Source: Eledone cirrhosa (taxonomy: Eukaryota). From it: a DNA stretch of 64,000 bases. Numbering within the stretch: position 1 is the stretch's first letter; the number at the start of each line of letters is the position of its first letter. The DNA lies in NCBI GenBank assembly GCA_964016885.1, contig OZ024740.1, positions 389,174,001-389,238,000 on the forward strand, given 5' to 3'. This document shows positions 25,601 through 39,751 of this stretch, one piece after another. The notes below the pieces were generated by a model that did not search any database, was not told the origin of the DNA, and worked only from the letters and a program-made list of their open reading frames with translations. The position numbers and the translations under genes are program-made.

Positions 25601-27569
25601 CAAAAATATTTCGGATTTCAGATAAAAGATTATTAACTGTATGGAGGTTATGTTCATTGTTCATTCAGATAAGTATCTGCCGAAATTCTAACAGTTAAAA
25701 TACTCATTTATTTAAGAAAGCCCTGTGTAAAATTGAGAGTCGATTCCCATTTTTTTAAAAAGCCGAATTTAAAATCCCCAGCTGCTATTTTTGTTACTTA
25801 GCCACCACCCTCTCATAGGTCAACTCCAATCGAATAGACCTATGCATTTTGTCTTTTTAGTGATATATATAGAATTACGTTATCGAATGAGTCTTCCTTT
25901 TTTAAGGCAACCGGGCGTGATTTGGCTATTATTTTTAGCAGGTGTATTGACCACATAGAGATTCCCAGTGAAAACGAATGGCGCGTACATTTATCATCAC
26001 GAAAAAATCTAGATAAGCCAGCAGGGCCACACACACATTACCAGTCGGCGGTTTTCCGGCAGACTACCCACATATTTACAGAGGATTTTATGTTGCTTTT
26101 AAAGGCTTAAAAAGGTTTAGTGTCCCACCGACATTGTTTCCTCATAACTTTCATGATAATTCATATTTCTTAATAAAATTTTACATAGATATCTTTTGAA
26201 TGTGTAAATTATGATTATCTTGGTGGAATTTTTTTTTTTATTAATTTCTTTTTTCTAAGTTCCTCTAGAAAATCTGATATTATCCTTGATATTATTATTA
26301 TCATCATAAAATTGGAAGGTATAAAGAAAAAAATTCTGCGTTGACGTTTAACCTAATTTAAAATACAGATCGAAAGTATACTATAATGAAAGCATTCAAA
26401 AGTATTGTTTATTTATTTATTATTATTTATTTTTAACTTTCACTACAACAGTCGTAATCTACACCTTCCAAAATATATCTCCGGAAATTTTCTTTCAGAA
26501 AAATGTATTATTAAGAAAGTTATGAGAAAACAAAACCAGCTGTAGTTATGTCGCCCTTAATATAATTTAACAATACAATAATACTTGTTGAACCAACAAT
26601 AGTAGCTCAAATCGTAAAAAAGTTTTTCACACGGTACTTAAAACAGTTCTTGATCATTGACCCGCCCACACACTTACATACCAAATCGATCATCATTTTT
26701 ATATTTTTCAACCATTTCGTTACAATATTTCTAATGAATGGCTATAATTTTCAAATAATTTTGGAAATAACATAAAAGTTCTAACATACAATTGTGAAGG
26801 AAAGTAAATATAAACACTTAAAAAAACAACAACTCAGTATCATTGAACCAAAAGCGATTTAGTATCAAGAGGGTTTTTATATTTATATATGCCTTAGAAC
26901 AATTAAGATTTTAAACATCATGTTAATTAGTGACATAAAATCTTTAGTGCCCGTCACCTAACAATATTTTGTTTGATTTTGTTACAGACACAATTTTAAT
27001 GTGTTTTCATATTTGATAAAGGATAATAGAGAAAGCATAATATGAAAGCATATACAATATGTTTATGTATGATAAACATAAGTACTCTTGGGTCCCAAAC
27101 AATAGAGGGGGGGGTATAAGCGAGTTGGGTTGGTATAAGCGGGCGGCAAGTTCGGTAATTTTTGTAAGCTGTCTCAGCTTATTATCTAAAAAACCAGAAT
27201 TAATCGCTTAGTTTACATATTGAAACACCAACTCATCCTATTTATGTTATAACATGGGATTTCTAGTAATGTACTTTTTTTTGTCATGTATAATGTTTTT
27301 TTTTTTAATGAATAAAGAAAATTGTCACAGGAATTTTGACCGCAACAAAAGAAAAACTCAATCTTGAAATTTTATGACGCTAAAATATAATTATAGGCGT
27401 CCGGTTCATCTTTCCACCTGGCAACATTTCAGTTCTCGTCCTAACTCATGTCAAAACCTTTGTGCCAACTATATTAACACCATTCTCAGTCTTTTAACAT
27501 GTTTCTTGTGTCAGGCATTAAAGACCAGATTTCCAAGTCGTCGTTGTTGTTTAGATAATTCAATAAATA

Positions 27570-27781
27570 ATGGTTCCTACTTTAGGCACAAGGCCAGCAA
27601 TTTGATGGGGGGGGGGTCGATTAAATCGACCCCAGTGACTGGTACTTTATTTTATCAACCCGTTAAGGATGAAAAGCAAAGCTAACCTAGGCAGGATTTG
27701 AACTCAGAATGTAAAGGGCCGTAACTCAATGCCCCGAAGCAGGGTGTCAGACGCTCTACCGTTTCTGCCAATCCACCGCCC
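27570..27781 (-). mobile_element. Full-length tRNA-derived SINE
   Basis: 5' GGCGGTGGATTGGCAGAAACGG (A box), GAGTTCAAATCC (B box), conserved central block, (AT)-rich tail. Other copies near 34230, 34452, 47957, 49836, 53277, 59810 and 61790. Confidence 0.85.
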
Positions 27782-27918
27782 TAAATTCAAGAAATAGTGG
27801 AATGATGAAAGTCAAAGTCGACTACAGCATGATTGGAACTCCGAAGGTAAAAGAGTAGCAACTAAGTAGCGCAAGGCCTTTCGTTCGATGCTCTCACAAT
27901 TCTGCCAATCAACAAAAA

Positions 27919-28154
27919 GTCGAATAAGCTATTTTGTCGGTCCCGGTAAAATAGATCCCCAGTCTATTTTGCAGGTAAATATAAATAGTGTTACGGTTAG
28001 GGGTTAGATTTTAAATTGTCTCAACAATTGGTGGTGAAAGTAAATAAACTTCTGTGTTAAATCTGTATTTTGTTATTTTTAACATTACCTGCTTTCGTAA
28101 TAATAAAAATAGCCTGGGGGTCTATTTTACCGGGACCGGCAAAATAGCTTCTTC
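27919..28154. mobile_element. MITE with 9-bp TSD (MULE-like)
   Basis: TSD CAACAAAAA at 27910-27918 and 28155-28163; ~40-bp TIRs AAGCTATTTTG.CGGTCCCGGTAAAATAGA; internal GGTTAGGGGTTAG. Confidence 0.7.
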
Positions 28155-29705
28155 CAACAAAAATTATATGAGCGCACAAATTCACATACAGAGGTGAGAG
28201 TTGACTTATTGAAATTACATGAGTGAAGATATTCTCAATAGTGAAAGTGAAATACCATGTAAGAAATCGAAATCAGATAAAATTTTAAAGCAGATTTGAT
28301 TGCTAATTCTAGCATGTCGAGCGACTAAATGGAAGATCCCTCGTATTCTTGAATAAAGGCTAAGCCAGGAAGTTGGGAAACCCGTGGTCGATAAGTACAG
28401 CCTTCTAGCAGAAGTCTGGATTTTGCATTTTTTTGTTGATTCCTTGGTATTCAAATATCTATAATTTTTTTAAGAGTCATTAAAAGATCAGGTAATATTT
28501 TTTTTATTTCTTACTTTAATAATTATATTTCCAAAATAATTATAATAATTTTTTTCCGTAAACCTTTGGATATCATCAGAGTGGATTAAACTTGTCTGTG
28601 GTCCCTGCGTATTATTTATAGGAGAAAAAAAATAATTTGGGGCCTTTTAAATTTTGTGGATCCCAATCAGCAACACTGGTGTTCGAAATAACAATGGAAA
28701 TGTGTCGCATTCACTTGATTCATTTCACATGTTTCACTCATATATGATATAAACTGACACGAGCCGACGACAGAACCCTAACCCCATATGTTCCTATATG
28801 ATCCGATGAATCTGACGAAATATTTTCATTTTCTAATTTTGAGCTTTCTTTGATGGGACCTTATTAGTTCATTCAATGTTGCATACAAATAAAAAGGTTC
28901 CCTGCTTTGGCTAAACTATTCGAGCAGTGCCCTTCACAGCACCCCAAAAGCTATCTTAATTTAAAATATTATATTTTTATTATACACCTAATATTTGGGA
29001 CGTGAAACTAAGTAACTAAGTAAAATTAATTGATATAATTTTAAAAGAATAGTTTGGTACCAACCAGCTCAAAACTGCCTTTTGTTTCTATGACACAAAA
29101 CTAAGAATTTTAGATTAAAACTTTCCAAAATAATTTACTGAACATTACATGACATCAACATTCATTCCGTGCTCATATTTTGACACTTTCTTTACCAAAC
29201 CGTCTGTAAACTGCTAGGATTTACCTATATCTACATCCAATATCAATGAATCTCGTTACCGTGTTAATGATAATATTTAAATTTATTTACTAGTTTAACA
29301 GCCCATTCTCTCTCTCTGATCATGTTTCATATTAAGACAAACTAAGTTAAATCACTTCACTGGGTAAGGTTTGCCCAGGTGCAAGATTTTAAACAGTAAA
29401 TGTTTTCAATTTTGTAAATGAAGGGAAGAAAAAAAAACGTTTATACTACGTTAAACACACAACAAGCTCTTTCCATGACATTTGTATGATAGAAATTTCA
29501 TTTGTTTTGTTTTTAAGCCCGCAAGACGTAAGAACATTCCTAATCCAGCCCGCCTCTAAAAGAAGTTTGCCGATAATCTAGTCAGTTGTTTACATACAAA
29601 ACATATTCATCATTAGATTGCTAAGACAACACACACACAGGTGCACACGTATACACACTAACAGGTGTGCGTGCACCTATGTTTATCTCTATATCTTTGG
29701 GTATG

Positions 29706-29739
<34 letters not shown>

Positions 29740-29797
29740 AAGAGAGAGGAGCACATATATGCAATAAATGAACAAATATATAAATAAATCGTCTTAC

Positions 29798-29881
29798 CCG
29801 ATCTAATTCTCGTCGGATTTCGGATTTAAGAGCAATTTCTTCATCACTATTATTGAATCGTCGTTTATTTCGCCCCGGCAT
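29798..29881 (-). CDS. Candidate short host exon MPGRNKRRFNNSDEEIALKSEIRRELDR (unidentified)
   Basis: ATG in ACCATG context, CpG-richer unique-looking sequence, consensus donor CGG|gtaaga. Confidence 0.3.
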
Positions 29882-31621
29882 GGTTCCAGTGTTTAAAATT
29901 AATGAAGAGCAAAAACGTGATATCCTATGATACTTCCTAATTAAGTAGATTTTTTTCACGAAAATATAAACATATGAAAATACATATATTTATATATAGA
30001 TGTATCTGCGTATTTTAAATATAAAAACGCCTCGTAGTGCCAATAATATGTACTTTTTTTACATGTAAATAAATGTAGCGATCAAATACATAAGTTAGGA
30101 GAACTTTTAGAGATAAATATAGATTTTTTTCCCCCTTTACAGGATATAATAATTTGAAATATACTGTGATGTTATTAAATAAATTTGGTCTCTTTTTCTT
30201 TTAACATATATCTAAGTGCTCCGGACTATATACGCATCATAGAGTGTTAGATGATATAAGTTGTACTCGCTCAGTAGCAGTTCGAAGTGTTGAGAGAGAG
30301 AGAAAACAGTAAAAAAAGAAATGTGTACGATGTAAAGTAGACACTGCTTTATACAAGAGGTGATGCGGGTATGTAAGTACGCGCATACATACACTCAGTC
30401 GCATACACACCTACACGCGCGTTGTTGTAGGTTTTGCTTTATAAAATATCCACGACAAAATCTAAAAGATAAATAAATAAAAGTGAACTACATATACTGT
30501 AAATAACAAAATATAGGGTAATTAAATATAAGGAAAAGGAAATGTGATGCCGTGACGTTCATTCTATTTGCAAGAGCTTAAGGTACTATCTATTTACCCT
30601 ACAAATAAAGAGTTAATTTTGCCTCGACGCAATTATTTGAGTAAGGCTTTATGGTCCTAACTCAGAAATAGCTTTACCCAACTAATTCTCTCTCTATCGC
30701 CGGTTACCTTGGAGTAAGAGTTTTAGTATTTGTCTATTTGATAACACTAAAATCTTTGGCCTACACGCATGTGTCCTCTCCCTACTTATTGTATCGTAAC
30801 TACAACGGCTTCTGCTCCTCTGCGCTAGTTTATCATCTAACCTCCTCCCACCAACTCCAGATCCTGCATGAACAATCATGTCCAATCTTTTCTCCCCAGA
30901 ACGTCAACCCCCTGGAATTTCCATTCTGTAAACGAACTCCCTCTAAATTTCGACGTTAATATGTTGAAGCTGAACATAAGGTGCATTGATCTCACCAGTC
31001 TCGGTTGGCCTGTGAACGCCATGAATATAGCCCGTCCTCCTGACTAAACGATAAAAAAATCCCCTTGACCCTATAAGATAAGAGTGCTCAGAGGCATAGC
31101 AAGCGGGTAGGAGAGGCAAACACTCCCCTTCTCTGATTCCTGTGTGAAGATGTGCAAACTTTCCTCTAGTACAAAGGTTCTCAACGGGGGTCATATTCAC
31201 CCCCCCCCCCCGGGGGGGGGTCGGAACTCCAGGGGGCGTTAGGGGGGGGGACTTTGGGAGGCACTGGAAGGCTCTTTACTTTGGTAAGTTTTATAAGCCA
31301 TATTTGTATGTCTTTGAGACAGCCAGTGTGAATGCATTTGAATGAGCATGCAGACAGCATAACTATGGTTTGACCGCAGATGTACAGGCGTGTCTAGACA
31401 TTAACTGGCAATTGAGATCCTAACAATGGAAAAACCCACAGTCAACTGGGTCAAGGACACTTTGAGCACAGCCAGTTAGAATCTTGTCTTCCCTTCACCG
31501 ATAACAATGTATTTCATGTCTGAAATTATTGACTCAACCATAATGAGTTAACACTATGTAAGATTTATTTTATTCCCTACTGTATAAATAATATTACAAA
31601 TAAAAAATTAAAAAAACAGAA

Positions 31622-31872
31622 GCGGGTAGTACATACATCTAGGACCACATACAACACATAAGCAGGTAATACATGCATCTAGGACCACATACAACACATA
31701 TCAGGTAATACACACATCTAAGACCACATACAACACATAAGGAGGTAATACAAGCAGGTAATACATACAGCTGGGACCACATGCAATACATAAGCAGGTA
31801 ATACATACATCTAGGACTACCTATAACACACAGGCAGGTAATACATACCTCTAGGACCAAATACAACACACA
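31622..31872. repeat. ~40-bp minisatellite, about 6 copies, inside the hAT element
   Basis: Unit TAGGACCACATACAACACATAAGCAGGTAATACATGCATC with variants. Confidence 0.9.
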
Positions 31873-31874
31873 TT

Positions 31875-32936
31875 GTATCATGTGCTACGGACGACGCAAG
31901 AGCAATGGTCGGCCAACATAAGGGTTTCGTCACTCTTCTGAAGAGAGAAAATCTATCTGTATTTGTTGTTCATTGTGTCATTCATCAACAGCACTTGGCT
32001 GCGAAGAAACTCAGCAAGCCGCTGAGCAAGTCCTTGCAGGTGGCCCTTGATGTCATCAATTTTATCAAACGGCATTCCCTCAATGAACGAATTTTCCGGC
32101 AACTGTGCCAAGATAATGACGAAGAATTCGTCAAGTTGCTCCTTCATAATGAAGTGAGGTGGCTTTCAAAGGGCAAGTGCCTTACTCACTTCTTTGAACT
32201 GTTCGACTCTATCGTTGAGTTTCTGCGAGGACGCAACACAGAACTGTACAAGAAAACCCTCGATGTGAGGCAAAACTGCGCCTACCTCACCGACATCTTC
32301 GACAAATACAATAGCGTCATTTTGGCTTTGCAGGGGAAGAAGATCACCTTGCTTAAAGCAAGGAATGCTGTGAAAACATTCCTGGCCTAATTGAATGTCA
32401 TCGAAAGGAATCTTTGTTGACGGGAATTCTATAATTTTCCTAGTGTCGCCAATGTTCAAAACATTGTAAGCGATGACCAACTCCAAATTTATACCGCTCA
32501 CCTCCGTGCGCTACAAGACAACACGAGAGAACGGTTTGTCGACCTTTTGCCGATGGACATCCCAATATGGATAGCAGATCCCTTCATAGCTAACGTCAAT
32601 GATTTGGACGTTATATTTCAGGAAGAATTCATTGAACTTCAAGCAGATGACATGATCAAAATTAGATTTCCCAAAATAAGTGAACCCCTTTTTTGGATGC
32701 AAGAAGAAATTCAGCGTCGATTTCCACACCTACATGCAGAGGCTAAGAGATTTGCTCTGTCTTTTCCAAGCTCATACGTAGTCAAGGGGAGGTTTGGTGC
32801 TGTTTCCAGACTGCACAGTAAAGCTCGCAACCGCTACAATGTAAATACACGTGGAGATCTCCGGTTACATCTTACGAAAATTCAGCCTGACATCAAAGAG
32901 TTAGCTAACCTCCATAAAGTTCAAGGGTCCCATTGA
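31875..32936 (+). pseudogene. C-terminal half of a Charlie/Buster hAT transposase with one in-frame stop
   Basis: TDDARAMVG, HCVIHQQHL, LLLHNEVRWLSKG, YLTDIF, FPSSY..GDLRLHLTKIQPDI; ORFs 31905-32390 and 32547-32936 share a frame separated by TAA at 32388. Confidence 0.9.
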
Positions 32937-34150
32937 AATGAGGCCAAAGTTAAAGTAAGTTGATTTATCCGAAAACTTGGATATGCTATTGTTACAAAGC
33001 AAACTAATAATTTTTTTTATTTGTAGTTGCAGTCTGACTGGACTGGAAACCATCTACTACAATTCACTTATTTGTTGTATATATTTTACCATTTACTAAT
33101 AAATATACCCTCCCGCGTGGTCATGAAACCTCTTCCGTGGTCTCTAAGCTCACAAAGCAGAGTGGACATCAAGTTAGATATCAACATTTATTCTGTCCGT
33201 TTCATTAAAGGGAAAATTGGAAAGCTTTGAAATGATGTAATTGCCACTTTCTTCCAGATAAGACCACTCTTTGAATAGACAGAGTTGCTCTTGTATAAAT
33301 GTTCAAAATAGCTGGTATCGCCTGGTGGGAATATAACAAATTCAACTGGTCCTTATTCATAAAAAAGAACATTTATGTTCCTTTTTTTTTTTAATTTATA
33401 TATTTCCTTTCAAGGAATGTATTTATACTCTCAGCTGCCTGCAATGGTATCTTTGGAATATTGTTAATCAATTTTTTAGTAATCTACTGATATCAATATC
33501 AGTAGTATATTGAAAAATGGAAAAATAGGGTAGGGAGGCATTTCGTGATTTCGAGGGACAAAAGGAGGCGTTTGGCCTAAATGGGTTGAGAACCTGTGCT
33601 CTAGTATATCATGTCTCTAAAATAAGTTTGGGGTCTCAAACGAGATTTATGTCCACGGGAGCTGAGAACCTTTGCTTCATCCCTTGTGGTACCATTTAGT
33701 TAGAATAGTCATTTTTTAATTTTTGTTTAATAGTTACTAGCCACATTGTTTTCTAGAGCTGTGCGGTACGAGATTATAAAGATAGTATCAAAGATAACAG
33801 CAACAAGCTGAAATATGATATCGTGACATTTGATACCTTTCTTTGTGACATTTGTTACCTTGCTGTTGTGTCATATTTTAGTTCCTCGGTTGAAATGATT
33901 TCGATCCTTTTCCTCGTTAATACTCTTTAAAAATACTTAAACGACACGACTTTACATTTCGCCTTCATTTGGGGTTTCTTTGTGGCTAGTAAAAAGAAGC
34001 CGAAATCTAAATTAAATCTAACAAAGGGCGTAGAGAAGAGTTAAAGATACTACGAACCAAATCAGCGATTTTATTGCTGTTGTTATTCTTGATGTTTAGT
34101 CCATGATAGCCCCGCCCCGATGGTTATATATATATATGTATATATATATA

Positions 34151-34192
34151 TAACCAAAGATTAGTATGGTTCGTTGATTACTCAACGAATAC

Positions 34193-34231
<39 letters not shown>

Positions 34232-34445
34232 GTTTCTTATTATAGGCACAAGGCCAGCAATTTTGGGGGATGGGAAAGTCGATTAAATCGAACCCAGTGC
34301 GTGACTGGTACTTTATTTTATCGACCCCGTAAGGATGAAAGGCAAAGTTAACCTCGGTGGGACTTGAACTCAGACCGTAAAGGGCTGTAACTCTATGCTG
34401 CAAAGCATGGCGTCCGACCCTCTACCGATACTGCCAATACACCGA
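34151..34445 (-). mobile_element. SINE + (AT)n + 47-bp PLE-terminus chimera, copy 1
   Basis: Same arrangement at 49744-50047; the 47-bp block is identical in both. Confidence 0.7.
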
Positions 34446-35938
34446 TTTGTAATAATTGTTTCTACTTTTGGCACAAGGCCAGCAATTACCCAGTACATTA
34501 CTGGTACTTTATTTTATAGACCCCATAAGGATGAAAGGCAAAGTTAACCTCGATGGGATTTGAACTCAGATCGTAAAGGGACGTAACTATGCTAGAAAGC
34601 ATGGCGTCCAACTCTCCCCCGATTTGTAATAATGATTACTTACTTGGAAACAAGAGATTTATAAAGAAATTTCCAAAGAGAAATAGGTAGAACATGGAAT
34701 CGAAAGTGGATTGCTAACTTGGTCCATGGAAAAGATGCCTGTATACTATTAGGCTTGACCGATTCGTAAATACCTATTTCCTTAGTTGGACATGGCACCT
34801 CACCTTCACTTGCCTTTAGAGAGCCGATTTGAGATGTTGTGATATCCATGCCTTTCTCCAAGGCCATTAGTTCCATCACGGAACATTTTTAAGAATTTGT
34901 CTGTTGATGTTCTTGAATCACTGCAAGTTGATATCTGCAAGAAAAATAAACAGGGACAGGGAGAGAACTGGCGAGAGCCTAAAGTTGAATCAGCTGGGCA
35001 TATGTGGAGGTGGCGTGAGATCAGCTAGATCGAAGGAGTAGAATCTACTACAGTTGCAGCAGAAGAGACAGAATGAGAAAGCAACACATCTATAAGCTAT
35101 TGGTGGGCGACTTCATGTCAATCAGCCAGATGTGGGATGCATTCTAGGGTTTCTGTATGCGTAATAGTAGAATCATTTCAAATATGGTAGCATTACTCCT
35201 TTGTATGTTTCACTTGAACTTTGTATTGTGTTAGTAACTATGGTTACAACTATTACGCTGGAAAAATAATTGCCTTTGTTTTGTTTCATTTTTTTTTTTT
35301 TTTATTGTGGGCAGAGGAACGACGTTTGAGATTTTGAGATGTCTTGGCAACGTGAAATAAGAAGTTGCAACATCAATGCATTATCTAAAGAACTTTCGCG
35401 ATGCACTAGTGAACCAAACTCTATCTAATAGTGTTGTGTTTGACCTACAAACTATGCTCACTGAGGGATTACTTCTATGAAGCAGAAAACTATAAAATAT
35501 TTATTTAATAAACCCTAATAAGCAAGTTCCACATGGTTTACTTTGAATGAAACTCCAACCTGACATCCCACGCGCACATGTCTTTACATGGATATCTAAG
35601 TGTTAACATATGGACGGCGGATATGAATGTTTATGTATATTTTTATACATTACAAACACATTCACAGACACATCTTGTCCACTGCATTGATCTCACCAGT
35701 CTTCGTTGGCATGTGAAAGTCATCAATATAGCCTGTTCTCCTGATTAAACGATAAAAATAATCTCCTTGACCTTATAAGATAAGAGTGCTCAAATGTTTA
35801 TACCGGCTTAAATATTTAAAGGAGCATTGCTTTGATTCGAGGGTGTTCTTGAACAGACACACAGACCTTGTGTCTATATTAAGGAAAGTATAGGTTACGG
35901 GTTAATTAATTGCAGTTGTATGTGAGATAGAGAAAGAG

Positions 35939-36061
<123 letters not shown>

Positions 36062-36587
36062 AATGGAGTATTCCACTATTAATTTTCGTAAGATGAGAGA
36101 AGCTCAATGCACGCTTAAAGTCCTCGGCACATTGGGAATTCAAAACAAACGAAATACTCTTCCAAACGTTAAAGTCCTTACTGTTGAGGACATTGAGAGT
36201 AGAAGAGGATAAATATTTAAAATGAGGGGAACCAAGGTTATCAAAATTAAATCCATTTTTTTAATATCTACGATCGTTTCTATACAGGTGACAATAGTAC
36301 ATGCATAAGTAAACAACAAGTCAATCAGAAACAGTTAATTAGCAATTATTTACACAAAACACATAATACATAAACACTCGCATATCATCAGGAATTATCA
36401 AAAAGGATTGAATTTAACCAAATACATATTTCAAGAACATAAGCCAGTACATGAAAAAACGCAAGCAAAGCAGTATAGAAGTACAAAAATGATAAAAGAG
36501 TGTTTTAGGTTGAGGTAAAAATGTGTAATATGTACCTCAGGAGATGCCTCTCTATTTTAAAGTCTAACTTCACTAAAACAACATTCC

Positions 36588-36619
<32 letters not shown>

Positions 36620-37077
36620 GGGGGGGTCTTAGCTTTTTTTTTGCTCGAAAGTACCTCCAAATTTGGTGCCTAATCACGTGTTCATCAAATTATACTTTAC
36701 ACCTGAGCAACTTCCTGTATAAAACTGAAGGAACTCTGACGCACCTGAATATGGCGCGAAATGATGGAAAAAAAAGTCGATGCCTAATCACGTGATCTTC
36801 CTCAACCTATCAAATTGTACTTCAAACATATAGCAGGCTGTGCCACATTTTTGGCATAAAACTGAAAAAAATACCCAACATCAGTTAGATGTAAGTTGCA
36901 AGTTGGCATAGCCGCACATCTCGCCATTTCTCTTAACTTTTGAAAATACTATAACCTATGAAACCGGTAAAGTTATAAATGATTGTAAATCAACCGTCAT
37001 AAAGATTCCAATTGCATTTTCAACTTCTTTTTCCTATATTTTTACCTGCGTGGAATATATTGAAAAACCTTACTTTC

Positions 37078-37212
<135 letters not shown>

Positions 37213-37315
37213 GAAATAATGTATATATATACGAAATAATATAAATATATATAAATATATATATATATATATACAATATTAAATAAATGGAAAACTATAT
37301 TTATAAAACCATATT

Positions 37316-37381
37316 TATTTCATTATATATATTTCGGGGATATCATATTAACAATATGCTATGCCTTCATCAGACAAAATA
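37316..37381 (-). ncRNA. Type-I hammerhead ribozyme in PLE pLTR
   Basis: TATTTTGT-CTGATGA-stem II-GAA-ATATATAT-A/ATGAAATA; 8-bp stem I with GU pairs. Confidence 0.75.
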
Positions 37382-37744
37382 CAATATAAACAGTTTTATA
37401 GATAAATATATTCGACATACCGTAATAAACATCAACTTCATTTGAAGAGGTTCACTCTAGCAGTGAAAATACAGAGAGAAAGAAAGAGAGAGAGAAAAGA
37501 GGGAAATAAGAAAGAAAGAAAGACGAAACGAAGAAAAGGAAGAAAAAGAAGAAAAAGAAGAAATGCATGGGACAAAATAGAGAGATGGAAAAATAGATAA
37601 AGCGAAGAGCTTCATGTAAAGAGACCGAAAGAGATATATATATATATATAGAGAGAGGAAATAGAGATAGATACATATATAAATATAGATATAGAAAAAT
37701 TAGGTAGTGGGAGGTCATTTTGAGTAAGTGTATCAATGATGCAT

Positions 37745-37779
<35 letters not shown>

Positions 37780-39716
37780 GCTCAAGTATTAATGTAAGGG
37801 AGATATAGAGAGATATAGAGAGATATAGAGAGAGAAAAATTTAAAAATAGCCAGACATATTCGAGGCGTAGAAAACCCTATGTTTTAATGTATTAGTATT
37901 TATAAAACTTACACTATATTGTAAATATCAGTATTCCTGAATGAAACAAGTATTCACAATGCGTGAAAATTCATTATCTTATGTTTAGTTTTTTAAAAAA
38001 TTCATATGTCTATGTGAATCCAACTGATTCACTCCGCAAATTCAAAGTTACCGGAAAACATTCTCAATGTGGTATAAACATTTGAGCGTATTATTATTCT
38101 TGCGATTACTCTACAAGATTATCTATCAAGCAGAAATAGAGAGCAGATTTCAATATACCAATCGAAAATATATATTATATTATAAGCAGAGATAACAATA
38201 ATAATGATAATAAGTAAAAATATATAAAAATATAAAAATATAGAATAGAAAACTAAAAAAGAATATTACGAAAGAATATTACATAATAAAAATATTGCAT
38301 ATTAAAAATACTATGTTTTAAAATTATTACGTATTAAAACTTTACATATAAAAATATTAAAAATAAAAATAAAATAAAATAAAAAAATAAAAAATAAAAA
38401 TATAAAAATATTATAGAATACTACAATACTAAAAGAATAAAAATAAAAATAAAAATAAAAATAAAAATAAAAATAAAAATAAAAATAAAAAATAAACCAC
38501 AAAGAACAACCCTTCAAGGTTAATTGACAATATATTGCCAAGTTCACTACAAGACAAAGCCAAAAATTATCTATCAAATCACATCTAGCAAGGAATATCG
38601 CAAAAAAAAGGTTATGATGTCCAATAATGTCTACATATGTTCCTATATTTAATATATAAGTTTATCAAGTGTAAGGTTAATTCATAAAATTTGGAGCATC
38701 GGCTTTTAGGGTAGCTTAATTTTTCATGAGGAATGTTTAGATAAAAATAAAAATAAAAAATAAAAATAAAAATAAATACAATAAAATAAAACAGTAAAAA
38801 GAGGGAATCAAAGATTTAGGAATCAAAAGATTTATCGGCTAGTTCTCATATAAATATAAATCAAACTAAATATACTACATTTTAAATTTAAATTTATATT
38901 TAAACGTTGAGTTTAATCTATGTTTGCAACAACTGAATAAATTTGTCCGTAGGTTAAGGGAATTTTTAGATTTTAGTATAAAGAATATCTCCTCTGCGCA
39001 GAGGTCACATGTCTCAGAGGATGAATTAAAAGGAATCCCTCTTGAGACTATATTCCAAGCCGTCGAATATCTAACGTTATCTAGCTTAAGTTGCCAGAGT
39101 ACACCTGATAGTGCCGTTGAAGATTTTTTATTTGGATCTGTGAAAGAATTCTTGTTATGTAATATTCTTTCGTAATATTCTTTTATTTGGATCTGTGAAA
39201 GAATTCTTATTATGTAATATTCTTTCGTAATATTCTTTTTTAGTTTTCTATTCTATATTTTTATATTTTTATATATTTTTACTTATTATCATTATTATTG
39301 TTATCTCTGCTTATAATATAATATATATTTTCGATTGGTATATTGAAATCTGCTCTCTATTTCTGCTTGATAGATAATCTTGTAGAGTAATCGCAAGAAT
39401 AATAATACGCTCAAATGTTTATACCACATTGAGAATGTTTTCCGGTAACTTTGAATTTGCGGAGTGAATCAGTTGGATTCACATAGACATATGAATTTTT
39501 TAAAAAACTAAACATAAGATAATGAATTTTCACGCATTGTGAATACTTGTTTCATTCAGGAATACTGATATTTACAATATAGTGTAAGTTTTATAAATAC
39601 TAATACATTAAAACATAGGGTTTTCTACGCCTCGAATATGTCTGGCTATTTTTAAATTTTTCTCTCTCTATATCTCTCTATATCTCTCTATATCTCCCTT
39701 ACATTAATACTTGAGC

Positions 39717-39751
<35 letters not shown>

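Larger units (their letters stand above)
31172..33598 (+). mobile_element. hAT (Charlie/Buster-type) transposon, internally deleted
   Basis: Perfect 8-bp TSD CTCTAGTA (31164-31171, 33599-33606); TIRs CAAAGGTTCTCAAC / GTTGAGAACCTGTG. Confidence 0.93.

Noticed and set aside
27700-27781. tRNA gene
   Set aside because: A and B boxes belong to a multi-copy SINE head; no complete cloverleaf seen.
34640-34940. Host exon after a strong acceptor on minus
   Set aside because: Stops in all three frames before the nearest donor and no recognisable homology; left unannotated.
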